From NCBI RefSeq assembly GCF_001194135.2, contig NC_068994.1, positions 18,533,990 through 18,597,241 of the forward strand: DNA of 63,252 bases. Direction: 5' to 3'. Below are positions 48,816-61,659 of the stretch, in pieces. The stretch is from Octopus bimaculoides. Its lineage: Eukaryota. Positions within the stretch are counted from its first letter, which is position 1, and each line of letters opens with the position of its first letter. The translations under genes and the position numbers were made by a program. A model generated the notes under the pieces. It did no database searches. It was not told where the DNA came from and was given only the letters and a program-made list of their open reading frames with translations.

Positions 48816-49319
48816 TACTAAGCAAATCTATTATCAAAAGCATTACAACATTGACCATTCTGTCTTTGTCGATTTACATTGTTGACTGTATCCTTCATGA
48901 ATGTAATTTGAGGTAAACTGGTCGCTATTTTTAGCAGGTTGAACAATCACATAAGGTTTGAAAATTGATTAAGATTGTTTATCATTTTGTCAATTTACAG
49001 TAAATAGTTAAATTTGTCCTGTTTATATATCTACTGCGTAAGTTCTCTCTCTCTCATACATGTGTGGGACCTTGATGACTGCTATAAATCAGGCAAGTAT
49101 ACTAGCCCCTATATATATATTTAATACTCAATATTTCATATATTCAATAAGACATTCAATACTTCATTTCATTTTACTATTTATATTATATATTCCATAT
49201 TCTATATCCCACATTAATTTTATAAGAATATAAATAAAACAAAAAAAACAGACATAGTTGGAACTCTTTTAAATAATATATTCCTCTATACACTATCATA
49301 CAAACCCCTTTTTTATTTT

Positions 49320-49382
<63 letters not shown>

Positions 49383-50649
49383 TCATACCTCAGAACTATG
49401 GACCTCCCTTTAAAGGATTTCAGAAGCAGTGGACAAAATTGTTTATGTTTAAAATGACATTTTAGAGTAGGTATGAGAGGCCAAATCTGGCCAGTTTGAA
49501 CGTAAAGCAAGTAGAATATTTGGGCTGGATATGGCCAGTATAAATGCTAAAGTGTTAAACTGAGTGTCCTAATACACTTATCGTGTATGTCCTTTTGACT
49601 TTTGTTGTTTTTTCTTTTATTTTCGTTTTTCATTTTTGATTTGCCTATACACTGTGATAGTTTCTTATTCCTCCAGTCTATACCCTGCTCAGTTGAAGTA
49701 GTCTTATCTTGGGGGTATCCGATGACATCACTGGTGCTGGCACCATGTATAAATGAACTTTCCGAAAGGCACACTTAAATGAAAAATTACTTGAAATTCT
49801 AGTAGTGCATCCCACTTGATGATGAACTATGTCTCATGTGACCCACACCTTGAAAAAGGTCTGTGCTTGATATAGACACTCCTTCACTGACTTTAAGACT
49901 ATTTGGGAAATGAATATAATATATAAGATATTTAATTGCAATTAATTTGATATAGATATAATTAGTCGTAGTATACTACTGGCAATTAGTTTTGAATGTA
50001 CTGGCAGTGGGAAAAAACAAAGTAAATATTAGAAACATAAAATACTTAAATAAATGCCGAATGTGACGATGGACGAAATACCGCCAAGCATTTTGCCCAG
50101 TGTGCTAATGATTCTGTCAGCTCGCTGCCTTACATTTGACAGAATAATGTGAATGCAAAGGGGTTAAATCAAGAAAATATAATTTGGTGTTAGACTAATT
50201 AAGAATGGGAGATGCAACAATTCTTTTTAATTTTGGTACATGGCCAGTAATTCTGAAGGGAGGATCTAAGTCAAATACATTGACCCCAGTATTTGACTGG
50301 TACTATATTTTATCACCTCCTAATTCACGTTAGGAAGGGCATCCAACTATAGAAACCATGCCAAATAAGACTGGAGTCTGATGCAGACCCCCACCTTGCC
50401 AGCATGGACAATGAACGTTAAAAGATGACAATGAAACAGATGAAAGGCAAAGATGACCTCGGCAAGAATTGAACTCAGAATATAATGAATCACAAGAAAT
50501 GCCACAACATTTTGTTTGAGATGCTAAAAATTCTGCCATCTTAGGTAAATGCAATAATACAGTTTATTTATATAAATCTAAATACTTTTCCAGAACTGTG
50601 AACATGTGACTAGAATGCCACAGGAAAGGATAGTGGATTCTTCAAACAG

Positions 50650-50820
50650 AGCCAATTGGCAGGAGATCTAGGGGTAGACCAAGAACGAGAAGGTTGGATA
50701 ATATCCACAATCTCAGTTGGTTGTACTTGGGAATCCATCCAGAGAGTGTAATGGTGGTTACTTTTGATAGGACCCTATGGAGAAGGTTCTTGAGTACTAC
50801 TCCCACAACCTTCTCAGAAA
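50650..50820 (+). mobile_element. RTE-clade LINE 3' end
   Basis: RSRGRPRTRRLDNIHNLSWLYLGIHPESVMVVTFDRTLWRR resembles the RTE ORF C-terminal RPRGRP..RW.D...W..LGI...DR..WR motif. Confidence 0.75.
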
Positions 50821-51344
50821 TACTGGACAATGAAGATGGAGGGATGGATGAATATTTTTCATATAAAATTAAAAATTGCTTCCAATTAAGTAAAGTGAAT
50901 CGTGGCACTTCTATATATGGTGAAATGGAACATTTTTTTTAAACGTAACTTCTATTTAAAAATAATTAAGTCTAATCTGTAAACAACTTTTCAACAACCT
51001 ATACAAAAGAAAAAAGGCAAAACAAAAACCCCCAAAAAAGAACAGAAAACCATGAAGACAACAGACAAAACCTAAAAAAAAAAAAAAAAAATTAAAACCG
51101 AAGTATTTTTATATTTCATCACTTCTTTTTGATGATGGAAGAATGATGTGTTTTTTTTTCCAACTGATTCCTTTCTTTTTATTATAATAAACACGGAAGT
51201 GATTCTGATTTTATTTCCAAGAATGTTTTTTATTTTTACAAACAAAAATTAGAATTAGATAAAATCTTATTAGTTATTCAGTTTCCATTAACTCCCATAA
51301 CTTCCTTTCTCCCTTATGGAAAAAGGATCATGCTGAGACAATGC

Positions 51345-51990
51345 TCTATCTTTTATCTTTTACTTGTTTCAGTCATTGGAGTGCAGCCATGTTGGAGCAC
51401 CACCTTGAAACGTTTAGTTAAATAAATCAACACTAGTACTCATCTTTTTTTTTTTAAGCCTGATACATATCCTATCAGTCTCTGTTGCCAAACTGCTAAG
51501 CAGGGTTGGTGCTAGGAAGTGCAGGGCCCAATGAGAGAATTGTCAGTAGGGTTCTCTACTCAACAAAAGCTGAAGATTGATTTTTTATGCTTTGTGTAGT
51601 ATGCCAGTCCCAGCCAAAAAGCATTGAGGGCTTGAGCCTCCACCATTAGCCACAATAAATTCATTATAGAATCCTCTACTCAAGTGTGTGCATGCGACCC
51701 TCTCTTGGTGCAGGGCCCAATTTGAACAAATCAGCCTGAGTGGCTTAAAACCAGCCCTGCTGCTAAATTATGGGTGATGTAAACAAACCAACACCTGTTC
51801 TCGAGCAGTTGCGGAGGACAAACACAAAAACACATAGATATACATATACGACAGGCTTCTTCCAATTTCCATCTACTGAATTCACTCATGAACCTTTGGC
51901 TAATCAAGGTCTATAAGTAGAAGTCATCTGCCTAAGGTGCCATGCAGTGGGACTGAACCCAGAATCATGTGGTTAGGAAGCAAATGTCTT
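51345..51990 (-). mobile_element. SINE-A split by a hAT-type MITE (51501-51759)
   Basis: Inner TIRs CAGGGTTGGT / ACCAGCCCTG; 8-bp TSD CTGCTAAG (51493-51500) / CTGCTAAA (51760-51767). Confidence 0.85.
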
Positions 51991-52679
51991 ATGCCTGTAT
52001 AAGGTATTTTACTTCCACAGGTTTGGTCTTAATTTGCCAAGAGTCTTCCTGTTATTCTCTCAATAGTAGATGGATGTCATTAATGTAAAAGAGAAGTACA
52101 GTAAAATTATATTACAGACAAGACAAACAAGATTCATTAATGGAAGTTATAAATCAATATACGCTGACTACTGTCTACAGTCAACAAACAAGATGTTATC
52201 TACACATTCTCACAATAATGGAAAGTCATTAAGTATTTAAAAGAATGCAACTAAATGAATCACACAAACACAAAGAACCACACACACACAGCTACACTTA
52301 CACAAAGACCTAATCAAATCAAAAATAATAAGCAAACAAGAAATGATGTAAAGGTACAGGCGTGGCTGTGTGGTAAGAAGTTTGCTTCCCAACCACATGG
52401 TTCTGTGTTCAGTTTTGCTGCATGGAACTTTGGGCAAAATGTCTTCTACTGTAGCCCAAGGCCAATGCAAGCCTGGTGAGTGGATTTGGTAGATGGAGAC
52501 TCTACCAAAAGAAACCCACTGTGTGTGCACAAATATACATATTTGTGTGTGTGGGCGCATGCATGTGTGCGTATGTAGAGTACAGTACACCAAGACGAAA
52601 TATCTACATTAATGCACTGTCATTTAAGACAATAGATAATATCAAAAATTACCTTTTCCTTGTTTCAGTGCTTAGGCAC

Positions 52680-53370
52680 TGACTTACTCTTTTACTTGTT
52701 TCAGTCATTTGACTGTGGCCATGCTGAAGCACCGACTTTATTTGAGCAAATCGACCGCAGGACTTATTCTTTGTAAGCCTAGTACTTATTCTATCGGTCA
52801 CTTTTTTGCCAAAGCACTAAGTTACGGGGACGTAAACACACCAGCATCGGTTGTCAAGCGATGTTGGGGGGACAAACACAGACACACAAACACACACACA
52901 TATATATATATATATTTTTATATATATATATANNNNNNNNNNNNNNNNNNNNNNNNNNNNNNNNNNNNNNNNNNNNNNNNNNNNNNNNNNNNNNNNNNNN
53001 NNNNNNNNNNNNNNNNNNNNNNNNNNNNNNNNNNNNNNNNNNNNNNNNNNNNNNNNNNNNNNNNNNNNNNNNNNNNNNNNNNNNNNNNNNNNNNNNNNNN
53101 NNNNNNNNNNNNNNNNNNNNNNNNNNNNNNNNNNNNNNNNNNNNNNNNNNNNNNNNNNNNNNNNNNNNNNNNNNNNNNNNNNNNNNNNNNNNNNNNNNNN
53201 GTGGTTGGTAAGCAAGCTACTTACCACACAGCCACTCCTGTCTTGAAGAGTTTAGTTGAATAAATCAACTTCAGCTCTTATTTGTATGTCTGGTACTTAT
53301 TCTATCAGTTTTGTTTTTGCAAACTGCTAAGATAAAGAAACTTAAACTAACCAATACCAGTTGTCAAGTG
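52680..53370 (-). mobile_element. Young SINE-A spanning a gap, plus adjacent partial SINE-A
   Basis: CpG-rich tail half before the gap and head after it; partial tail half at 53240-53370. Confidence 0.85.
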
Positions 53371-53377
53371 GTATGTT

Positions 53378-53610
53378 AAGGCGGGGAGCTGGCAGAAATG
53401 TTTGCATGCCGCGCAAAATGCTTAGCGGTATTTCATCTGCCATTACGTTCTGAGTTCAAATTCTGCCGAGGTTGACTTTGCCTTTCATCCTTTCGGGGTC
53501 GATTAAATAAGCACCAGTTACGCACTGGGGTCGATATAATCGACTTAATCTGTTTGTCTATCCTTGTTCGTCCCCTCTGTGTATAGCCCCTTGTGGGCAG
53601 TAAAGAAATA
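53378..53610 (+). mobile_element. SINE-B, young full-length copy
   Basis: aaggcggggagctggcagaa...gagttcaaattc (B-box-like)...gtaaagaaata; many CpGs retained. Confidence 0.95.
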
Positions 53611-54104
53611 AGATTGGAGTATGGTTGATAAACACAGCACAAAAACAAATAATACACAAACACACACAACTGATTACTTTCAGTTTACTTGCACCAAATC
53701 CACTCACAAGGCTTTGGTAGCCCCAGGGCTATAGCAGAAGACACTTGTCCAAGGTGATGTGCAGTGAGCTGAACCCAAGACCATATGGTTGAAAAGTAAG
53801 CTTGTTAAACCATGCAGCCACACCAGCATCTATAAACATAACTTCAATCAGCAATCCTAACACTGTACAGTCTAATGGAATAAACAGAAATATAAATGGC
53901 ATTTAAAGAGAGAAAACAACCAACAACTATTATAAAACCAACAGAGAATCTATAGTGAAACCAAACCTGTACCTTGTCAACTAAGAAATTGTTTGATTGC
54001 TGAAAATGTAATAGGAAATTTGTGATATTTATTATTTCATCAAGAGGAAGTATCATAAATAATGTGAAAGTATAATACAAAGAACAATCCACACACATAC
54101 TGCA

Positions 54105-54162
<58 letters not shown>

Positions 54163-54622
54163 CACACACGTACACACACAGATAGATACATAGAGAGAGA
54201 GAGAGGCAAATAGACTGAGATACATAGACAGATGATATAGGCTAACAAATAATAGTGCTACTCTCCACCAGAAAAAAACCCCCAAAAAGCAGAAAACCAG
54301 ATTTGAGTTTAAAAATACACACCATAGATGATCCAGGAAGGTCCTTCATGGTAATCAAAACTAAGTTGATATAACCTTTATAAAGGAACATCAACACCAG
54401 CAACAAAAATTAATTTGCTTCATTAAATAAAACTTCTAAATAGTCATTTGTTATTGTAGAGTTTAATTTTTAATTTGTTTTTTTTTGTGTGATTGGAGTA
54501 TAATCAGTGATAGGGCAGCATTAAAAACATTTGGAATGTTGAGAGTACTGTGGGAATTCTACAAAAACCATGTCATACCTTATTAAATTTCAACTAAGAC
54601 CAATGTCATTGCATTTTTTTTT

Positions 54623-55727
54623 GCTGGAGAGGAACTTCAGCTAGGGTCCTCACAGGCAAGGCACATAGGTATAAAATCTGCTGGCAAGGTAACATGGATG
54701 GAGTAGGGACTGTAGGCATATTCCTTGCGGAGAAATGGGTGGATAAGGTCATAGAGGTTGTCAGGCACCCTGGTAGATAAAGCAATTAAGGGTATGAAAC
54801 CAATAAAAGCCCCCAGCCCATCAGGAATCACTGCTGAGATGCTTAAAACATCTGGTGGTGTGGGCTATGGCCTAGTCACCCGTATTATAAACCAGATAGT
54901 TCATGATGGAGTCATACCCAATGACTGGCGTAGCAGCACCATAGTCAACTGATACAAGGGTAAAGGTGATGCTTTAGATAGAAATAACTACAGGGGTATC
55001 AAACCGCTGGATCAGGTGATGAAGATCATGGAGAGGGTCATAGTCCAACTAATTAGGGAGAGTGTCTGCTTAGATGAGATGCAGTTCAGTTTTGTGCCAC
55101 TGATGCTATATTCCTGGTACGGTAACTGCAGGAGAAATACCTAGCCAAAGATAAACCTCTATACTTGGCTTTTGTGGACTTGGAGAAAGTTTTGACAAGG
55201 TCTCCTGATCCCTTATCTGATGGTCAATGCGGTAACTGAGGATTGATGAATGGTTAATAAGGGTTGTACAGACCTTATACAGTTAGTAAGGTTAGGGTTG
55301 GCAATGAGTATAATGAAAAATTCAGGGTAGAAGTAGGGGTCCACCAAGGATCAGCACACTCTTATTCATAATAGTTCTCCAGGCAATAACAGAATTCAAG
55401 ACAGGTTGCCCCTTGGACCTCCTCTATGCTAATGGCCTAGCCCTCATAGCAGAATCACTACCAGAACTAGAAGAAATTTCATATGTGGAAGCAAGGTTTA
55501 GAATCAAAGGGCCTTAGAGTCAATGTCGCAAAGACCAAAGTTCTAGTAAGTAGGAAGGCAAACACATCACACACCTACCTTCAGGTAGGTGGTCCTGCTC
55601 GATGTGTAGAAAAGGTGGAGGTAGAAACTCAATAAGATGTACCCAGTGTAAGCTATGGACACATAAGAGGTGCAGCAATATCAAAGGAAGATTAACCGGG
55701 AAGATAGCTTTTGTGTGCGGCAGATGT
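54623..55727 (+). pseudogene. RTE-clade LINE ORF remnant: AP-endonuclease fragment joined to reverse transcriptase and a PHD-type finger
   Basis: WRGTSARVLTGKAHRYKICWQGN (EN); KAPSPSGITAEMLK, NYRGIK, YLAFVDLEK, VGVHQGS, LLYANG (decayed YADD, 55425-55436); CSMC-x10-CTQC-x4-H-x2-C-x14-CGRC. Several stops and frameshifts. Confidence 0.92.
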
Positions 55728-57987
55728 GTGAGTATGTATGGATACATGTATGTATGGATACATGTATGTATGCATACATGTATGTATGGATACATGTGTA
55801 AGATAATGATAATGTCATAATTTCTACATTAGGTTCCTTTAAATTTCTCTTTGTAGTTAATTGATCAGTTAATCAATTGATTAGTTACAAATACAAATTT
55901 TATTTAGGTGTGCAGATATAACACATGTAGAGAGAGAGAGAAAGAAAGAGACCCAATGAAATCATCTGACTTCCTTTTTCTCTTTCTTTCAGCGATGAAC
56001 TTTTAACACTTTTTTTTCTTTATATTTTAATTAGGAAAGGACAGTACCCATGGCATTCACAAATTGTTTGAAATTGGTGAGATTGATACAAATGTTTGGA
56101 AGGAATACCTGTTTATTGATGCTCTTAAAAGAAAGGAATAGGAAAATTGATCAGTGCAACACCTGGGGTGAACTTTTAATATGACAAAGGGGAAAATGGA
56201 CAATAATCTTGCCAATGGTGCTTCTCTCAGAACAGAAGACAAAAAGAATATAGTGAGTGAAGAATAGAGTATGTTTTAAACATTAGTGTAAAGAAAACAT
56301 ACAAGAAGAGTTTCACAATAAGATAGGCAACCTAGAAAACAAAGAGCTGCATTTAATGCTTTGTGCAAGGTTTAAGCATAAAAATGAATAACAGATAATA
56401 ACATATTGGCGCGCGCGTGCGTGCGTGCATGCGTGTGTGTGTGTGTGTGTTTGTGCGTGTGTGTGCACGCGTGTAGTAAATGGATTCAAATAACCATGAT
56501 GTGCAGATAAGTTCTGAATTGTTGAATAGAAATAGTTGAGGAGATGGAGAAAGCATGAGTGTGATGGGAAAAAATTGAGGGGGAAAAAAAGTTTTATCAA
56601 TCAGGCAAATTACTTTCTTCTTCGTGAAACTAAAATTGTGATTAAAGGGAGGATCTCAGATATGTGAGGCACTTTCCTTATCAAGATAGTTTTGAGCTTT
56701 ATATTGAATCAACAATTAGTTGCTCAAGACCGAAATGCTTCTTAACATTAAAGAATGTGGTTTTTATCAACACTGATAAAGTGTGAACAAAGTATCATTC
56801 ACTGTTAAAAGGGTTTTTTTTTGTTTTTGTTTTTTGTATTATTTATCTAGTGTTAAATAACATTATATTACACTCTAGTAAAAAAGAAAAAAGAAAAAGC
56901 ACCTAATTTTTCCAATTTACTAAATTGGAAACTTAGCATTAAGAGCATGGAAGCTGTGAAGTGATTATTAGACACACCATCAATCTAGGGTTATACTTTG
57001 TCAAAACTTGATGGATAGCTCAGCAAAGCTCTGAAAATATTTCAACTACTTTTGGTACAAATAGTGATTTCAAATTTTGGCACAAGGCCAGCAATTTCGG
57101 GGGGGGGGAGACTCTTAGGATCAACTGGTACTTAATTTATCAACCCTGAAAGGATGAAAGGTAAAGCTGACCTCAACGGAAACTGAACTTGGAATGTAAA
57201 GACGGATGAAATACCTCTAAGTGTTTGCCTAGGATGCTAACAAGTCTGCCACCTCACTGCCTTCTTTTGGTACAAATATTAAAGAAATCAATCAGTCAAT
57301 CAATAAATCAATACCAAACATCAAAAAGCATTAATAAAATCAAGTTACTGCCCAAAATAAACTCAGCTGAAAAGCCAGTGCTGTGTTAATTTTTATTGTA
57401 ATAATTTTTATACCTACATCAGAGGAAAAAAAAAGATTAAAAAAATGAATCCGTATAGATAATCAAGTGATTATCCTAATCAGTTAGTTAATGACTGATG
57501 CTTAATAATACAGTAGGATGATAGCGGTTTATCATCATCACATAATGTCTGTTTTCCATGCTAGAATGGGTTGGATGGTTTGACAGGGGCTGGTGAGCCA
57601 TAGAACTGCACCAAGCTCCAATGTCTGCTTTGGTATAGTTTCTATGGTCCTTCCTAGTGTCACCCACTTTGCACAGTGCACTGGGTGCTTTTTACATGAC
57701 AATGATGCTAGCGAAGTTACCAGGTAACTCAACAAGACAAAATATCTTCAACTTATTATTTAACCAGTCTTTAATCCTGGTAGCTTCAGTTTATTTCCTG
57801 GCATGAGAATGCCTTATTTTCTAAGCACAGGGATGGCTGTGTGCTAAAGAAGCTTGTTTTGCAATGATGTGGTTTCAGGTTCAGTCCCACTGTGAGGCAC
57901 TGTGGGCAGGTGTCTTCTATTATAATTCTAGGCTGACCAATGTCTTGAGTGAAATTTTTTGTAAATGAAAACTGTTTAGAATGCTGT

Positions 57988-58020
<33 letters not shown>

Positions 58021-58264
58021 GGGTGTCTTTGTGTATGTCCCCACCAAGCACTTGACAACCAGTGTTGGTTTGTTTACATCTGTTAATTTAGCAGTTTTAG
58101 CAACAGAGACGGACATAAAATAGTAGATTTAAGTAAAAACAAAAAGTACGTACTAGGGTTGATTTGTTTGACTAAAACCATTAAAGTAGTGCCCTTTCAT
58201 GGCCACAGTCAAATGAATGAAACAAGTAAAAGATAAACGATAAAGCCACTACACCATATGCCCA

Positions 58265-58515
58265 TGGGCATATGGTGTAGTTGTTAAGAGTGCAGGGCTA
58301 CTAACCCCAAGATTCCGAGTTTGATTCCAGGTAGTGACCTGAATAATAATAATAATAACAACAACAACAGCGAAAAATACCTTAGGAATGAGAACCCAGG
58401 TTTGAAATTTCCCCAAGACACCTGATGAATTCTGGAGGGTATATCAGCTGAAACGGGTTAACAACAAACAAGATGAGGACAAATATCCATCAAATCTAAA
58501 TAATGTAAAATAATG
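58265..58515 (+). mobile_element. tRNA-headed SINE with Penelope-like tail
   Basis: A-box-like TGGTGTAGTTG, B-box-like GAGTTTGATTCC, (AAT/AAC) linker, CTGATGA...GAAA motif, (AAATAATGT)-type tail. Confidence 0.7.
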
Positions 58516-59597
58516 TAAAAGATAATACCAATAAGAAAAAAAAAAAATGACAGTCGTGGCTGTGTGGTAAGAAGCTTACTTCCCAACCACATGGTTCTGG
58601 GTTCAGTCCCACTATGTGGCACTTGGGCAAGCATCTACTACTATAGCTTCGGGCAGAGCAAAGCTTTGTGAGTGGATTTGGTAGACAGAAACTGAAAAAA
58701 GCCCGTCGTATATATATATATATATATATGTGTGTGCGTGTGTGTGTGTGTGTGTGTTGTGTCTGTGTTTGCACCCCGCCTTATCATTGCTTGACAACTG
58801 ATGCTGGTGTATTTATGTCCCTGTAACTTAGCAGTTCGGCAAAAAAAAAAAAAATGATAAAATAAGTACTGAGCTTACAAAGAATAAGTCATGGGGTTGA
58901 TTTCTTTGACTAAAACCCTTTAAGGTAGTACTCAGTATGGCCACAGTCAAATGACTGAAACAAGTGAAAGAATAAAAAAAAAAATTGCATTAAATTTACT
59001 GCTATTCTCAAATTGGGACACAGCAGAAACAAAGTTCAAACTTCTGTGATGGACAAAAATGGTGACCTGCAAACTAGGTTCTGAAACTTGGAAATCATAA
59101 TAACTGAACCATGGATGTACCAACGATACCACCAGCACCACTAATTATTTCTAACACAAACATACAGAAAACAGAAGCAACAATACTGATGCTGGAAATA
59201 GATAGTAAGGAAAGCAATATATATATATCTGCCTAATGTAAGTTGCAGCTCTCTCTCTCTCTCTCTTCTTTGCTAGCGTCTCCCACACAAGTTTGAACAA
59301 ACTGATATGATATGCAAGTGAAGTTTTTTATTTTTATTTATAAGCTAAATATTTCCACCTTACTACCTACCTACCTACCTACCTACCATCAATAAGGAAA
59401 GCATTGAAGGACAGGCAATACAGCAACATACTACCACTGCTGTCTTCCTATTTTTAAGATAGTTCTTAGTAGCAACATTAAAACATGATTACTGTTACAT
59501 TCTTTATTGTTATCATTAGTTAGTGTTTCTCTCTATGGGTAATATCATCCATTTTCTGAGATAAGCTGAAGCAGAGTAACAAAGCAGAAATAAAAAC

Positions 59598-59647
<50 letters not shown>

Positions 59648-59882
59648 TAATAAAAATAGAAAAATAAGAGAGGGAAGACCCATGACATCATAGCAGTCAC
59701 TTGGAAAGGAATCTCATCTGAAGAACTAAAAATATATGCAGAGCACAAGGCTGCTAAGTAAGGAAAATAAATTATAGGAATCAGTATCATCAACACTAGC
59801 CAAACAGAAATATGTAATCATTTGACTACAAGATTAGTATTACATAGATTGAAAAACAAGGAAGTGTGATGTTCATCATATA

Positions 59883-60100
59883 TGACAGGGTGTTGAAAAG
59901 TTCCTGGCTTTAAAGGTATTGCAAAATGCCTGGTTGGAGGCTCAACCTTCCTAGTTCTTTTACAGGGATTAGAAAAATTGAAGGGCCACTGAAAAAAGCA
60001 TGTGAACCCGAGAGGGGAATATGCCGAATAAAATCATAATTAACTGATCCTCCTGTATTTTCTTTTACCCAAAGCCAAGAACTTTTTAGCACCCTTTCAT
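59883..60100. mobile_element. mariner-derived MITE (internally deleted)
   Basis: TIRs agggtgttgaaaagttcctggcttt / aaagccaagaactttttagcaccct; interior resembles a decayed transposase C-terminal G..KL..R...C....GEY.E*. Confidence 0.75.
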
Positions 60101-60359
60101 GCATGTTTGTATGTGCAATTAGGTAATGAAATCAATTAGCCAATTTAATCTTCTGAGAACTTTACTACGACACTCTAAGAAAAATTATGATTTCTAACAT
60201 ATGCTATAAATTTTCGAGAAGGATTCGATCAATGAAATCAGTCTCTAACACAAAAAAGATGAATAGTGAAGTCAATCTTGGGGTTACTTAAACTTAAAAT
60301 CTAAAGGATATGTGATTAGAATGTTGCAGGAACGAACTGCAAGACAAATTCTTCAAACT

Positions 60360-60545
60360 GAGAAAACTAGTAGGAGACCCAGTAGACAGACCAAGAACAA
60401 GACAGTTGGATAATATCCATAGTCTTAGTTGGTCATGCTTGGGAATCCAGCCAGTAAGTGTATTGACAGTTGCTTCTGATTGGACCTTATGGAGGAGATA
60501 TATGAGGATTCTACCCCCATGACCCACTCAGGAATAAGTAGGCAG
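60360..60545 (+). mobile_element. RTE-clade LINE 3' end (same family as 50650)
   Basis: Aligns to 50650-50800 (agaccaagaac.aga..gttggataatatcca...ttgggaatcca.cca). Confidence 0.75.
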
Positions 60546-61659
60546 AAAAGATGGATGGATGTAAAAGAACATTAAGTACTGCATGGCATTTCATCCAAAG
60601 TTCTACCAACTCAACAAATCATCTCAAGCTTGCCATCATTAAGATTGTGGCGAATCGAACAGAAATATATAATCTATATATTCCATTAACATTGAACTAA
60701 TGGTATTGTCTTTAAATAGATAGAAAAGGCATTGTGACTAAATAAGCTGCCCACCTAATCATGTTTTAATGTCTAATTTCTCATATTTTCTTTTTATATT
60801 TTGTTCCAAATCAATTTAAACAACACTCATGTGAAAGTAAGTTCTATATTTTTGATTCACTGGAATAAATAATTCAAAACAAAGCAGAAAAGATTTTGTT
60901 TGAAAATGTTAGCAATATTAATAAAGCTACACTTACTTTTCAAAAGAAATCTGGTTTTTAAGTGATACTAAAAAGATACACTTGGAGAGGAGGAAATATA
61001 CAAGGAAGTGATAATATCAACTATTGCTAATGGCTCAAAATTGTTTTTGAGGAATAAAAGAAAAAGTAGGATCATCAATTTTAGTAACATAAATCTTAAA
61101 AAACAAACAAAAACCTTGAATACAAATTTGCATTTCTTCAGTATATACTTTGAAGAGTAGACCATATTAAGGTGAAAAAAAAAATATTGCAAGCATTCTC
61201 AAAAATATCTCTACATGATGCTATTACTTTGAAATAATTGGTTTTGAAGGGAGAAAAAGTAATATACAAAGTGTATTTAAATATGAAAATATATGAAATA
61301 ATTCACTATAAGTAAACAGAAGATAGTCAAACTTCATTCTAATTCATTTGTAAATATATCACCCTCATCATTTAACATATATATTCCATTCTGGTATGAA
61401 TTGGTTAGTTTTACAGGATCTGATAAGCCAAAGGACTGTATTACACTACAATGTCTACTTTGACAAAGTTTCCATGGCTGGATACATTTCTTATCACCAA
61501 CCACTTAACAGAGTGCACTGCATGTTTTTTTTCTCTTTTTTTTTTTTTTTTAATGGCCCCGACACTAATGAGGTCNNNNNNNNNNAGTGCACTGCATGTT
61601 TTTTTTCTCTTTTTTTTTTTTTTTTAATGGCCCCGACACTAATGAGGTCATTACAAGTG

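Noticed and set aside
49640-49720. Possible third hammerhead-like remnant (CTGAGCA...GAAA on the minus strand)
   Set aside because: Core is mutated and no stem II pairing is visible; too degenerate to support.
61512-61649. 64-bp direct repeat flanking a 10-N gap
   Set aside because: Near-identical sequence on both sides of a placeholder gap containing poly-T; typical unmerged contig overlap, so treated as an artefact.
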